A DNA stretch of 64,000 nucleotides from assembly GCA_949841045.1 (NCBI GenBank), contig CATKXS010000005.1, positions 650-64,649 of the forward strand, given 5' to 3'. Below, in pieces: positions 17,672 to 26,202 of this stretch. Below the pieces are notes generated by a model. That model was not told the origin of the DNA. It did no database searches and was given only the letters and a program-made list of their open reading frames with translations. A program made the translations under genes and the position numbers. Source of the DNA: an uncultured Clostridia bacterium (GTDB taxonomy: Bacteria > Bacillota > Clostridia > Christensenellales > UBA1242). Position 1 is the first letter of the stretch. The number at the start of each line of letters is the position of its first letter.

Positions 17672-17924
17672 TTTACATCAAAAACAGTTTAAAACTGGAA
17701 CGTAAAATATTTAGTGTTTTGGGTAAAATTAACGATAAAAACAGTTTAAAACTGGAACGAAAAAAAATGGTGATTAAAATAAAGTTTACGATAAAAACAG
17801 TTTAAAACTGGAACGTAAAAGATTTAGTGTTTTGAATAAAAATTAACGATAAAAACAGCTTAAAGCTGGAACGAAAAAAATTGGTGATTAAAATAAAGTT
17901 TACGATAAAAACAGCTTAAAGCTG
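17672..17924 (+). repeat. tandem array of 5 hairpin units (about 57-bp period; two copies of a ~114-bp double unit)
   Basis: Palindromes at 17685-97, 17742-54 and 17798-810 are CAGTTTAAAACTG. Those at 17856-68 and 17912-24 are CAGCTTAAAGCTG. Conserved flanks are ACGATAAAAA and GGAACG(T/A)AAA. Confidence 0.9.
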
Positions 17925-17954
17925 TTGACTAAGAGGATAAGTTTAGTTTAAAAT
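17925..17954 (+). promoter_or_regulatory. Sigma-A type promoter abutting the last repeat unit
   Basis: TTGACT 17925-30, 18-nt spacer, TAAAAT 17949-54. AAGGAGGG RBS lies before ATG 17974. Confidence 0.5.
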
Positions 17955-17973
17955 ATATAAAAAGGAGGGCTTT

Positions 17974-18573
17974 ATGAAAGAGTTTTTGTGGGATGATGAC
18001 GACTTTGATGATGACGATGATGACGATGATGACGATGATGATGACGATGATGAAGACCCTTTTGGAAAAGATAAAGACCCAGACAAAGATGACGATGATG
18101 AAAATAATGATGATGAGGACAAAAAAGACAAAGATGACGTTGATGGCGAGGGTAAAGACGAGGATTTAGAAGTCAAAGAAAAAGATGGTGAAGGCGATAA
18201 GGATAAGGGCAAAGATAAAGACGACAAAGGGGATAAACAGAAGGGAAGAGATCCAAACGCACGCAAAATGATTGCAAGAGCAAAAGGGCTAGGATTCCCA
18301 GCTACTATCATTCCTATGTATAGATGTCCAACTTGTCACCAAAAATCTCTTTTTGCTGACAAAGTCGTGCCAACTGGCGCAAGAACAGTCAAATTTATTG
18401 TACAAGCTTGTGTAGGTGCTGTTAGAATTGACGAGGCTGTTGATATTGCAAGATTTGTTTGTTTTAATCCAAAGTGTAAATCCTTCTGGCCAAGGTCGGG
18501 AGACAAATTAAAGATTAATCCAACAAACGGCAAACTTATAGTAGAGAAGCATTGGTTCCATGTGTCGAGATAA
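17974..18573 (+). CDS. poly-Asp acidic protein with C-terminal zinc-ribbon-like domain
   Basis: About 90 N-terminal residues are dominated by D/E/K, including a D-run of more than 20. The C-terminus carries CPTCH...CFNPKC (CxxC...CxxC). Confidence 0.65.
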   Translation: MKEFLWDDDDFDDDDDDDDDDDDDDDEDPFGKDKDPDKDDDDENNDDEDKKDKDDVDGEGKDEDLEVKEKDGEGDKDKGKDKDDKGDKQKGRDPNARKMIARAKGLGFPATIIPMYRCPTCHQKSLFADKVVPTGARTVKFIVQACVGAVRIDEAVDIARFVCFNPKCKSFWPRSGDKLKINPTNGKLIVEKHWFHVSR

Positions 18574-18726
18574 GGCAGATTATTGAAAAACATCGCAAGA
18601 GGTTTAATGTTAAAACTATTAAATTAAAAAATAAAAAAGAAGTACAAAATTGGACTTCTTTTTTTTGTGCGATTCTTTTGATTTTTTATTTGATGGAAAT
18701 AAGTGGGCTTAAAATTAGTTTGAAAA

Positions 18727-20223
18727 TTATTCCTCAAAAAGATTGTTGTTTAGAAATACAGGTTCGCAGGTGACGTTTATTCCAAGTTTTTTAAGTGTCA
18801 ATTCTTCAGATGCAGGCAAGATAAAGGTAGAGTGAGCCTCACAGCCTTCAAGCATTGGAAGTTTTGATAATGCCTTCCTTGCTTTCTCATTTTGTCTTGC
18901 AGAGATTGACAGTGCGACTAGTACGTCATCAAGAGAAAGTACTTGGCAATTTGTATGGAGTTTATTCTTTCTTAGGTCGATTATAGGCAACAGTATATCA
19001 TCAGAAATTATATCAAAACCATCATCAAGCTGGGCTAGCTGTCTAAGAGCATTTAGAACAACAGCTCCGCTGGCTGAAACGACTGTCTTGTTTTTTCCAT
19101 AGACAACATTTCCATCATTAAGCATAAGGCATACGCATGGATACGAAGAAGTTTTGCTTGTTGCCTTTGCAAGTGGAACAACTTTGAGATAGTCCTCAGT
19201 TATGTTTAGTTCAGATACCAGACAGCGAGACCTTTCAAGAGTGTCAAAATTTATTTGTCCACGTTTATAATCACATTCTGCACGGAAAGAGCGTCTTACA
19301 ACCTCTCTTTTTGCCGCGTCTTCGACAACATTTTCATCTATTATTGCCTCTGCGACCATGTTTACGCCCATGTCGGTAGGTGATTTGTAAATATCTTCGC
19401 CTACGATTTTTTTAAGTATTCTTTTTACAACAGGAAAAACTTCAATATCGCGGTTATAGTTCACGGTGAGCACGCCGTATTCACTAAAATGATATGGGTC
19501 TATCTGGTTTACATCTTTTATGTCTGCGGTTGCTGATTCATAGGCAATGTTGACAGGGTGTTTGAGCGGAAGGTTCCACACTGGGAAAGTTTCGAATTTT
19601 GCGTAGCCAGCTTTAATGCCGTGTTTGTATGAATGATATAATTGACTGAGGCAGGTGGCAAGTTTTCCGCTTGAAGGGCCTGGCGCAGTCACAACAACGA
19701 GAGGACGGGTGGTTTCAATATATGGGTTTGCGCCATAGCCCTCATCAGAAACAATTGTGTCAATATCACTTGGATAGCCTTTTGTATAACTGTGATAGTA
19801 TACATGCTCGCCATGTCTTGTGAGCTTTTGACCAAATTTGACTGCACTTGGTTGTCCTTTAAAGAGGGTGATAACAATACTTGAAACATATAGTCCAAGT
19901 TTTCTTAAGTTATCAATTACTCTTAGCATATCATTATCATAACTAAGTCCGAGGTCGGCGCGAATTCTATTTTTCTCAATGTCGCCCGCTGAAATGCAAA
20001 AGATGATTTCAGCTTCCTTTTTCAGCGTTTCGAGGAGTTTGGTCTTTATATTAGGAGCAAAACCTGGAAGTACTCTGCTTGCATGAAGGTCATCAAATAG
20101 CTTTCCTCCAAACTCGAGATAAAGCTTGTTGTCAAACTTTTTTATACGCTCGAGTATCTTTTGACTTTGTTTTTTAAGATAAAGTTCGCTGTCAAAGCCA
20201 AGTTTTTTTATTTTTTCTTCCAT
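18727..20223 (-). CDS. DUF1846 (UPF0371) family protein
   Basis: KLGFDSELYLKKQSQKILERI...LYLEFGGKLFDDLHASRVLPGF is characteristic. Start moved to the ATG at 20223, preceded by GGAGG. Confidence 0.75.
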   Translation of the reverse strand: MEEKIKKLGFDSELYLKKQSQKILERIKKFDNKLYLEFGGKLFDDLHASRVLPGFAPNIKTKLLETLKKEAEIIFCISAGDIEKNRIRADLGLSYDNDMLRVIDNLRKLGLYVSSIVITLFKGQPSAVKFGQKLTRHGEHVYYHSYTKGYPSDIDTIVSDEGYGANPYIETTRPLVVVTAPGPSSGKLATCLSQLYHSYKHGIKAGYAKFETFPVWNLPLKHPVNIAYESATADIKDVNQIDPYHFSEYGVLTVNYNRDIEVFPVVKRILKKIVGEDIYKSPTDMGVNMVAEAIIDENVVEDAAKREVVRRSFRAECDYKRGQINFDTLERSRCLVSELNITEDYLKVVPLAKATSKTSSYPCVCLMLNDGNVVYGKNKTVVSASGAVVLNALRQLAQLDDGFDIISDDILLPIIDLRKNKLHTNCQVLSLDDVLVALSISARQNEKARKALSKLPMLEGCEAHSTFILPASEELTLKKLGINVTCEPVFLNNNLFEE

Positions 20224-20500
20224 AAGACCTCCATGATTCAAATTTGCCTTTATTTATAAGGGTTATAGCGATTTTTTGCTATCAAAAAATCATTTCAATT
20301 TTAAGTATACTTATTTTGACGCAATTTTCATAATATTTTCCTATTTATTATCTAGAAAAAATTTTGCTTATATAATTGCTTTTGGAAAATTTTTGTGATA
20401 GAATAATTTACGTGACACCTCTTTTTTAAGTAGTGTAACATGTATAATTTAATTTTTAATTTGTAAACTAAAACTAAAAGTTTTAGATAAGGGAATAATA

Positions 20501-21772
20501 ATGAAGAAGAAAATATTGATTTTGACCGTCACAGCAGGCAATGCGCATAATGAATGTGCAAAGCGTATAAAGGAAAAATTGCAAAGTCTTGATAGTGAAG
20601 CGGAAATAAAAATTATTGATGTTCTCAATACATATTCGACTGCTATGAGGGCGTGGGTTGCTGATGAGGGATATAATCTCGTAGTTGGTAAAATGGTTTG
20701 GGCTTATCATCCTTTCTATAATCATTATAAAAAGGCAAAGCCAGAAAATAGATATACTTGCGGAGCGCAAGGCTCGGCTATGTCAATCATGAGAGGTCTC
20801 TTAGCCGAAGTCATAGACTTTGAGCCCGATGTAATTTATTGCACTCATTTCTATGGCGCGATTGCACTCAGCAATTTAAGGCTTGTATATGATTTGCCTT
20901 GCAAAGTTGTGATGACATCACTTGATTATGTTTATTCGCCTTTCTGGGAGGGGGCAATCAATGTTGATTATTTCAATATCCCAAACGAGGACTTTATTGA
21001 TGGAGCGTTAAGACTTGGTTTTTCACATTCTCAACTTCTGCCATTTGGTCTTCCAGTTAGCGAAAAAACACTTGAAGTTGTGGACAAGCTTGAGGCTAGA
21101 AAAGAGCTTGGAATTGATGAAAATCTTACAACAATTTGTGTTATGTTTGGCGGCGGACTTTGGAAGGGTGGTTTTGAGATTTTTAAAAACCTTTTAGCCT
21201 CTCTTAAAGGACATAAAGCGCAAATCATCATGATTAATGGCAAAAACAAGAAAGATTATGACCGTATTAGTAAGATGAAGTTTGACGAGGGGATTAAAGT
21301 TGTCAATGTCGGCTTTACTGACAAGGTCTCATTGTATCTTTCTGCATCAGACTTTATTATCAACAAGTGTGGTGGCGCGTCTGCAACAGAAATGATTAAC
21401 AAGGCGCTTCCTATGATTATAACAGAAAAAGTGCCAACGCAAGAAATCTACAACTATAAATATCTTAAAGAAAAGGGCTGTGCTTTTTCATTTGGTAATA
21501 AAAAAGAACTTAAAAGACATGTACTTGATCTTCTTTTAGACAAAGATTTAAGAGAAAAGATGAGTGACAACTGTCGAAAGATTAGAAAAGACGCTTTAAA
21601 TGATTTGGCGAGGTTTATTATGACTTTCCCTAAAGCTGATTATTCTAAATTACATGCAACTGACATAGATTTAAAGAGGTTAAATAAAATAGTAAAACAA
21701 AAGATGTGCGAGGCTCAGAAAAAAGAACATTTAAGCTTGAAACAAGCAAAAAAGATGGAATGCCACGCTTAG
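20501..21772 (+). CDS. MGDG-synthase family glycosyltransferase (UgtP/YpfP-like diacylglycerol glycosyltransferase)
   Basis: N-terminal KILILTVTAGNAHNECAKRI and C-terminal NKCGGASATEMINKALPMI GT-B motifs. Confidence 0.7.
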   Translation: MKKKILILTVTAGNAHNECAKRIKEKLQSLDSEAEIKIIDVLNTYSTAMRAWVADEGYNLVVGKMVWAYHPFYNHYKKAKPENRYTCGAQGSAMSIMRGLLAEVIDFEPDVIYCTHFYGAIALSNLRLVYDLPCKVVMTSLDYVYSPFWEGAINVDYFNIPNEDFIDGALRLGFSHSQLLPFGLPVSEKTLEVVDKLEARKELGIDENLTTICVMFGGGLWKGGFEIFKNLLASLKGHKAQIIMINGKNKKDYDRISKMKFDEGIKVVNVGFTDKVSLYLSASDFIINKCGGASATEMINKALPMIITEKVPTQEIYNYKYLKEKGCAFSFGNKKELKRHVLDLLLDKDLREKMSDNCRKIRKDALNDLARFIMTFPKADYSKLHATDIDLKRLNKIVKQKMCEAQKKEHLSLKQAKKMECHA

Positions 21773-21788
21773 AATGGAGGGAAAAATA

Positions 21789-22658
21789 ATGAAAATTGCA
21801 ATTGTAACTGATAGTAACTCAGGTATTACACAAAAAGAAGCTAGCGAGATTGAAAACTTAAAAGTCATTGCTATGCCTTTCACTATTGACGGCGAAGAAT
21901 TTTTTGAAGATATAAATTTAACTCAAGAGGAGTTTTACAAGAAATTACTTGACGAAGATGCAAACATTTCAACTTCTCAACCTGCAATTGGTCTTGTTAC
22001 TGAACTGTGGGACAAGCTTTTAAAAGAATATGATGAAATTGTTCATATCCCAATGTCGAGTGGTCTTAGCATGTCTTGCGAAACGGCCACAATGTTTGCA
22101 AAAGAATATAATGGAAGAGTTCATGTCGTAAACAACAGACGTATTTCTGTAACTCAAAAGCAGTCAGTTTATGATGCATTAAAACTTGCAAAAGAGGGCA
22201 AAAGTGGTGAAGAAATTGCAAAGATTTTGATGGATACTTCTATGGATTCAAGTATTTACATAATGGTTCCAACTTTAAAATATCTTAAGAAAGGTGGAAG
22301 AGTTACCCCAGCTGCTGCCGCTATTGGCACTCTTCTTAAAATCAAACCTGTTCTTCAAATACAAGGTGGGAAACTTGACCAGTTTGCTAAGGTTATGAAT
22401 GAAAAAGTAGCAAGATTAAAAATGATAGAAGCTGCAAAACATGATTTAGAAACACGTTTTAAAGAACTTTATGAAAGGGGTGAGATGAGACTTGCTGTCG
22501 CTTACACAAACTGTCTTGAAAAGGCAAAAGATTTTGAACGCGAAATTAAAGAGGCAATTCCTGGCGTTGAAGTTATAAGTGTTGACCCACTTTCACTTAG
22601 CGTTTCTTGTCATATTGGAAGCGGAGCACTTGCAATTGCATGTGCAAGAGCTTTATAA
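21789..22658 (+). CDS. DegV family fatty-acid-binding protein
   Basis: MKIAIVTDSNSGI...STSQP...YLKKGGR pattern. Confidence 0.85.
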   Translation: MKIAIVTDSNSGITQKEASEIENLKVIAMPFTIDGEEFFEDINLTQEEFYKKLLDEDANISTSQPAIGLVTELWDKLLKEYDEIVHIPMSSGLSMSCETATMFAKEYNGRVHVVNNRRISVTQKQSVYDALKLAKEGKSGEEIAKILMDTSMDSSIYIMVPTLKYLKKGGRVTPAAAAIGTLLKIKPVLQIQGGKLDQFAKVMNEKVARLKMIEAAKHDLETRFKELYERGEMRLAVAYTNCLEKAKDFEREIKEAIPGVEVISVDPLSLSVSCHIGSGALAIACARAL

Positions 22659-23495
22659 ATGAGGGAAATGATGAAGAAAAAGAAATTTTTGGGTAAAGTT
22701 GCGGTTATAACTGGTGCAAGCAGTGGAATTGGAAATGCTATTGCAAAGAGACTCTCCTCTGAAGGTGCTATTTGCTATGATATTTCAAAAAGTGTTAAAG
22801 AATTTGACTTTATTAAAAAAAGTTGCCAGGCTGATGTTAACGACTATCAAAAAGTAGGCTTATTGCTTGAGGAGATTGTCTCTCAAGAGGGCAAAATTGA
22901 CATCTTTATAAATAATGCCGGCTTTGGAATTGCTGGTGCAATTGAATATGCAAAACCTGAAAACGTTTATTCGCAAATCAGCACAAATCTCTCATCGTAT
23001 ATTGTTTTAAGCGGATTGGCTGTTAAATATCTTAAGAAAACGCAAGGAAGAATTGTCAACATCTCTTCTATTGGCGGAATTATTCCTCTTCCTTATCAAG
23101 CTTCTTATAGTGCGACAAAGGCGGGTGTTGAGATTTTCTCAAGAGCACTTGCGAATGAGGTTAAACCATATAATATCAAGGTGACTGCTGTAATGCCTGG
23201 TGATGCCAAAACGGGGTTTACTTCTGCACGTGTCATTGATAATAACGCTACCAATGCTCTTGAAAAAGACAGTATTAGACTTTCAATTGCAAAGATGGAA
23301 AAAGATGAACAAAAGGGCATGACGCCAGACAAAATTGCAAAGAAAGTTAGAAAGGTTCTTACAAAAAGAAATCCTCCACTTAGAATATCTGTTGGATTTT
23401 GGTATAAATTTGTACCTCTTCTTACTAGGATTTTCTCACTTAAGTTTATCAATTTCATTGTAAGAAAGTTATATTGCAAAAAAGTAAAAGGATAG
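22659..23495 (+). CDS. SDR family oxidoreductase
   Basis: TGASSGIG, NNAG and the YSATK catalytic motif. Confidence 0.85.
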   Translation: MREMMKKKKFLGKVAVITGASSGIGNAIAKRLSSEGAICYDISKSVKEFDFIKKSCQADVNDYQKVGLLLEEIVSQEGKIDIFINNAGFGIAGAIEYAKPENVYSQISTNLSSYIVLSGLAVKYLKKTQGRIVNISSIGGIIPLPYQASYSATKAGVEIFSRALANEVKPYNIKVTAVMPGDAKTGFTSARVIDNNATNALEKDSIRLSIAKMEKDEQKGMTPDKIAKKVRKVLTKRNPPLRISVGFWYKFVPLLTRIFSLKFINFIVRKLYCKKVKG

Positions 23496-23502
23496 AATAT
23501 AA

Positions 23503-24096
23503 ATGGAAGACGAAGTTTTATTTAAAAATACAAGCAAAATGGACGATGAAGAGATAGCATTATTTCAAAATTTTGCTCTTAAAAAATCAACAATGATTTC
23601 ATCACTCATTTTTACTTTATGTTTTGTTGGCGTGGGAATAGGATTATGTTTCATTGATTTGACAATGGGCATAACTTTGATTGTTTGCGGGGCAGTTGGT
23701 GGAGTTGTGCTTCTTCCATATCTCACAAAAGAATCAATAAAAAAACAAAATAAAATCACGCTTGGTGATAAAAAGTACTTAAATACTTTTGAATTTATGG
23801 ACGACTGCGTGAATGTTGAAAGTCAAGCGACCACAACAAAAGAGACAAATGACTATCAACCAGTCGCTACACAAAAGATTTTCTATCGTGATATATTCAA
23901 GCTTGTTTTATATAAAGAACACTTATTTCTATATATAAATGCAAGACAAAGTTTTATTCTCAATTTTAAAGGAATGACGAAGGGGACTGTTGGTGAACTT
24001 GTAGAGCTTTTAAAAGGGAAGGGGATAAAAGTGATAGACAAATCATCTGTTCAAACTCCAAGTATTGGTGAAGGCAAAAAGAAAAAGGCGTCTTAA
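23503..24096 (+). CDS. YcxB-like membrane protein
   Basis: Two TM helices, then a C-terminal YRDIFKLVLYKEHLFLYIN pattern. Confidence 0.5.
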   Translation: MEDEVLFKNTSKMDDEEIALFQNFALKKSTMISSLIFTLCFVGVGIGLCFIDLTMGITLIVCGAVGGVVLLPYLTKESIKKQNKITLGDKKYLNTFEFMDDCVNVESQATTTKETNDYQPVATQKIFYRDIFKLVLYKEHLFLYINARQSFILNFKGMTKGTVGELVELLKGKGIKVIDKSSVQTPSIGEGKKKKAS

Positions 24097-24109
24097 GACG
24101 CTTTTTTTA
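24088..24109 (+). terminator. Rho-independent terminator with the stop codon in the loop
   Basis: GCGTCTT/AAGACGC perfect palindrome centred on the TAA stop (24094-96), then T7. Confidence 0.7.
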
Positions 24110-24193
24110 ACGCAATAAAAACACGCATATTATTCTAATGATAAACTTATTTTTACTGGTTCTGTAAATTTTTGACTATTTTTTAAAAACATA

Positions 24194-24221
24194 TTGACAA
24201 AGCCCCCCCTCCGAGTATACT
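24194..24221 (+). promoter_or_regulatory. Sigma-A type promoter with C7 tract in the spacer
   Basis: TTGACA 24194-99, 16-nt spacer containing C7 (24203-09), TATACT 24216-21. Confidence 0.55.
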
Positions 24222-24239
24222 TGAATTATGGAGAAGAAT

Positions 24240-24788
24240 ATGAAGAAAAAAGGTATTTTAAAATCTGATAAATTTTTAAGAATGGCTGTCAAGGCATGTG
24301 CAGTTCAAATTGGGGCTGTGGTTCTCGCAGCTTTATCAGCAATTCCTTTAGGAATTGTAGCAGGAGTTTATGGAGAGCCGGTTGATAGAATGCAATATGA
24401 AATAAAAGCTTCACCAACATATATTCAGTATGTGCAAGACAAGACTGAAGAATATAAAGAAGATTTATATCTTAATAAAATTACACCAGAAGAGTATATG
24501 GCAAAGATAAATGATTTGAGCGATATTGATGCTTATTTAAAATCTGATGCGCCTGAATACGAAATGGCAAAATATAGTGAACTTGTTGAAAGAAAAAATA
24601 CTGCGATATGTGGTGCTGGCGGAACAACATTTAGTTTTATAGTAGCAAGTGCAGCTGCAGGCTTTTTTGCGCTTGGGGCGTTGATTTTAAGTAAATCATC
24701 TGAGATAAATGAGGAAGACGAGGAAAGTGGCGCAGAAGAAGAGGAAGAAGATTTTGATGATTTAACGGAAACAGAATATGAGTTTTAG
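24240..24788 (+). CDS. membrane protein with acidic C-terminal tail
   Basis: ORF-track frame 24228..24788. ATG 24240 follows GGAGA. Two TM segments; the tail is EEDEESGAEEEEEDFDD. Confidence 0.6.
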   Translation: MKKKGILKSDKFLRMAVKACAVQIGAVVLAALSAIPLGIVAGVYGEPVDRMQYEIKASPTYIQYVQDKTEEYKEDLYLNKITPEEYMAKINDLSDIDAYLKSDAPEYEMAKYSELVERKNTAICGAGGTTFSFIVASAAAGFFALGALILSKSSEINEEDEESGAEEEEEDFDDLTETEYEF

Positions 24789-24869
24789 AATAAATTGCAA
24801 AAATATTTTAGATTCGAGAAAGGGAAAAGGGGAAAGTAAATATAATTTAATTAAAAAAATATTAAATTA

Positions 24870-24899
24870 AAAAAGCACCTTGATTAAAGGTGCTTTTTT
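24870..24899 (+). terminator. Rho-independent terminator
   Basis: agcacctt / aaggtgct stem followed by T6. Confidence 0.75.
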
Positions 24900-25059
24900 G
24901 TATCTTATTATAATAATGAATGGCTGTGCGAGTGATTATAGTTAAAGTTTAACGGGAAAAGTTTTAATACGAAGTGAGCGAAAAACTTATACTAAAGTTT
25001 AGTATTATTTTCATTTAGGCGAGAAAAACGCGAAATTTGTCGAACGTTTTTAATGACCC

Positions 25060-25329
25060 TTACTCAGCTTTTGCGTCGTTAAGTGCTTTATTATATGCTT
25101 CTAAGATAACATTTTTAAGTTCGAGACGAGTCTCAGTGTTAATTGGGTGAGCGATGTCGATATGCTCTCCATCTTGAGTTTTCTTGTTTGGCATTGAAAT
25201 GAAAAGACCATCTTTTCCATCAATAACTTTGATGTCATGGACAACAAAGCAACCGTCAATTGTAATTGATGCAATACCTTTTAATTTTGTTTCGTCTTTA
25301 AGTCTTACTCTAACATCTGTAATTTTCAC
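25060..25329 (-). CDS. spoVG: septation/sporulation regulator SpoVG
   Basis: [10 protein letters not shown]...[20 protein letters not shown]...FISMP...DIAHPIN is a near-canonical SpoVG sequence. Confidence 0.95.
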   Translation of the reverse strand: MKITDVRVRLKDETKLKGIASITIDGCFVVHDIKVIDGKDGLFISMPNKKTQDGEHIDIAHPINTETRLELKNVILEAYNKALNDAKAE

Positions 25330-25479
25330 TTAAGTTTACCTTCCTTTCATTATGGATTTGGCTTTTAACCTATATTTATTTTACTCTTTTCCTTTTAAAA
25401 AACCAAATAAAAATAGCCGTTTTTTTATTATTTTTTAATTTTTTTACAACAATTTTCTATAAAAATCATAAAAAAGGAT

Positions 25480-26202
25480 ATGGTTTACAATTATAATGGC
25501 GTAAAAGTTTATTACGAACTTGAAAACGAGGGGAAATCTCGCCCCATTGTTTTGTTGCATGGTTGGGGGAGAGATAATAGTGATTATGATAAACTTACTT
25601 CACTTATGAAAGATAAAACCTTTCTTAGAGTTGATTTTCCTCCTTTTGGGAAAAGTGACAACTCTCTTGTAGGGTGGAACATTTATACATATGTAGGTAT
25701 GCTCATGTCTCTATGTGATTACTTGAAGATAACTGAGGCCGATTTTATTGGTCATTCTTTTGGCGGACGAATAGTAATTATTCTTTCTGCTGTCAAACGT
25801 TCACTTGTGCATTCATGCATATTAGTCGATAGCGCAGGAATGAAGCCTAAGCGCTCAATAAAATATAAAGCTAGAGTTTTAAAATACAAAATTTGTCGAA
25901 AATTTGGATACATAACGGGTCAAGGCTCTGAAGATTATCGCGTGTTATCCCCCGAAATGAAAGAAACTTTTAAAAGTGTGGTAAATACCTACTTAGAACC
26001 TTATGCGCGAAAAATGTCAATAAGGACTTTGATTATTTGGGGTTCTAGCGATGATGCGACCCCCGTCTATATGGCTAAAAGGCTTCATAAACTTATTAAA
26101 AATTCTAAACTTGTAATTCTTGAAAATGGCGGACACTTTTCTTTCCTCGATTGTCCTCTTGAATTTTTTACGTCTGTCAAAGAATTTTATGAGGAGGTCT
26201 AA
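25480..26202 (+). CDS. alpha/beta hydrolase
   Basis: HGWG oxyanion region, nucleophile elbow GHSFGG and C-terminal GGH. Confidence 0.8.
   Translation: MVYNYNGVKVYYELENEGKSRPIVLLHGWGRDNSDYDKLTSLMKDKTFLRVDFPPFGKSDNSLVGWNIYTYVGMLMSLCDYLKITEADFIGHSFGGRIVIILSAVKRSLVHSCILVDSAGMKPKRSIKYKARVLKYKICRKFGYITGQGSEDYRVLSPEMKETFKSVVNTYLEPYARKMSIRTLIIWGSSDDATPVYMAKRLHKLIKNSKLVILENGGHFSFLDCPLEFFTSVKEFYEEV

Noticed and set aside
17672-17924. CRISPR array interpretation of the tandem hairpin arrays (also 58322-58740)
   Set aside because: In CRISPR the palindromic repeat is constant and the spacers vary. Here the inter-hairpin sequence is conserved and the hairpin stems vary. The period is irregular (56-63 bp), there is no leader/cas context, and the units are too few and too AT-rich.
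17943-18311. 122-aa Ser-rich minus-strand ORF
   Set aside because: It is a mirror image of the GAT/GAC/GAA low-complexity tract. The plus-strand ORF has a promoter, a strong AAGGAGGG RBS and a structured C-terminal domain, while the minus ORF has none.
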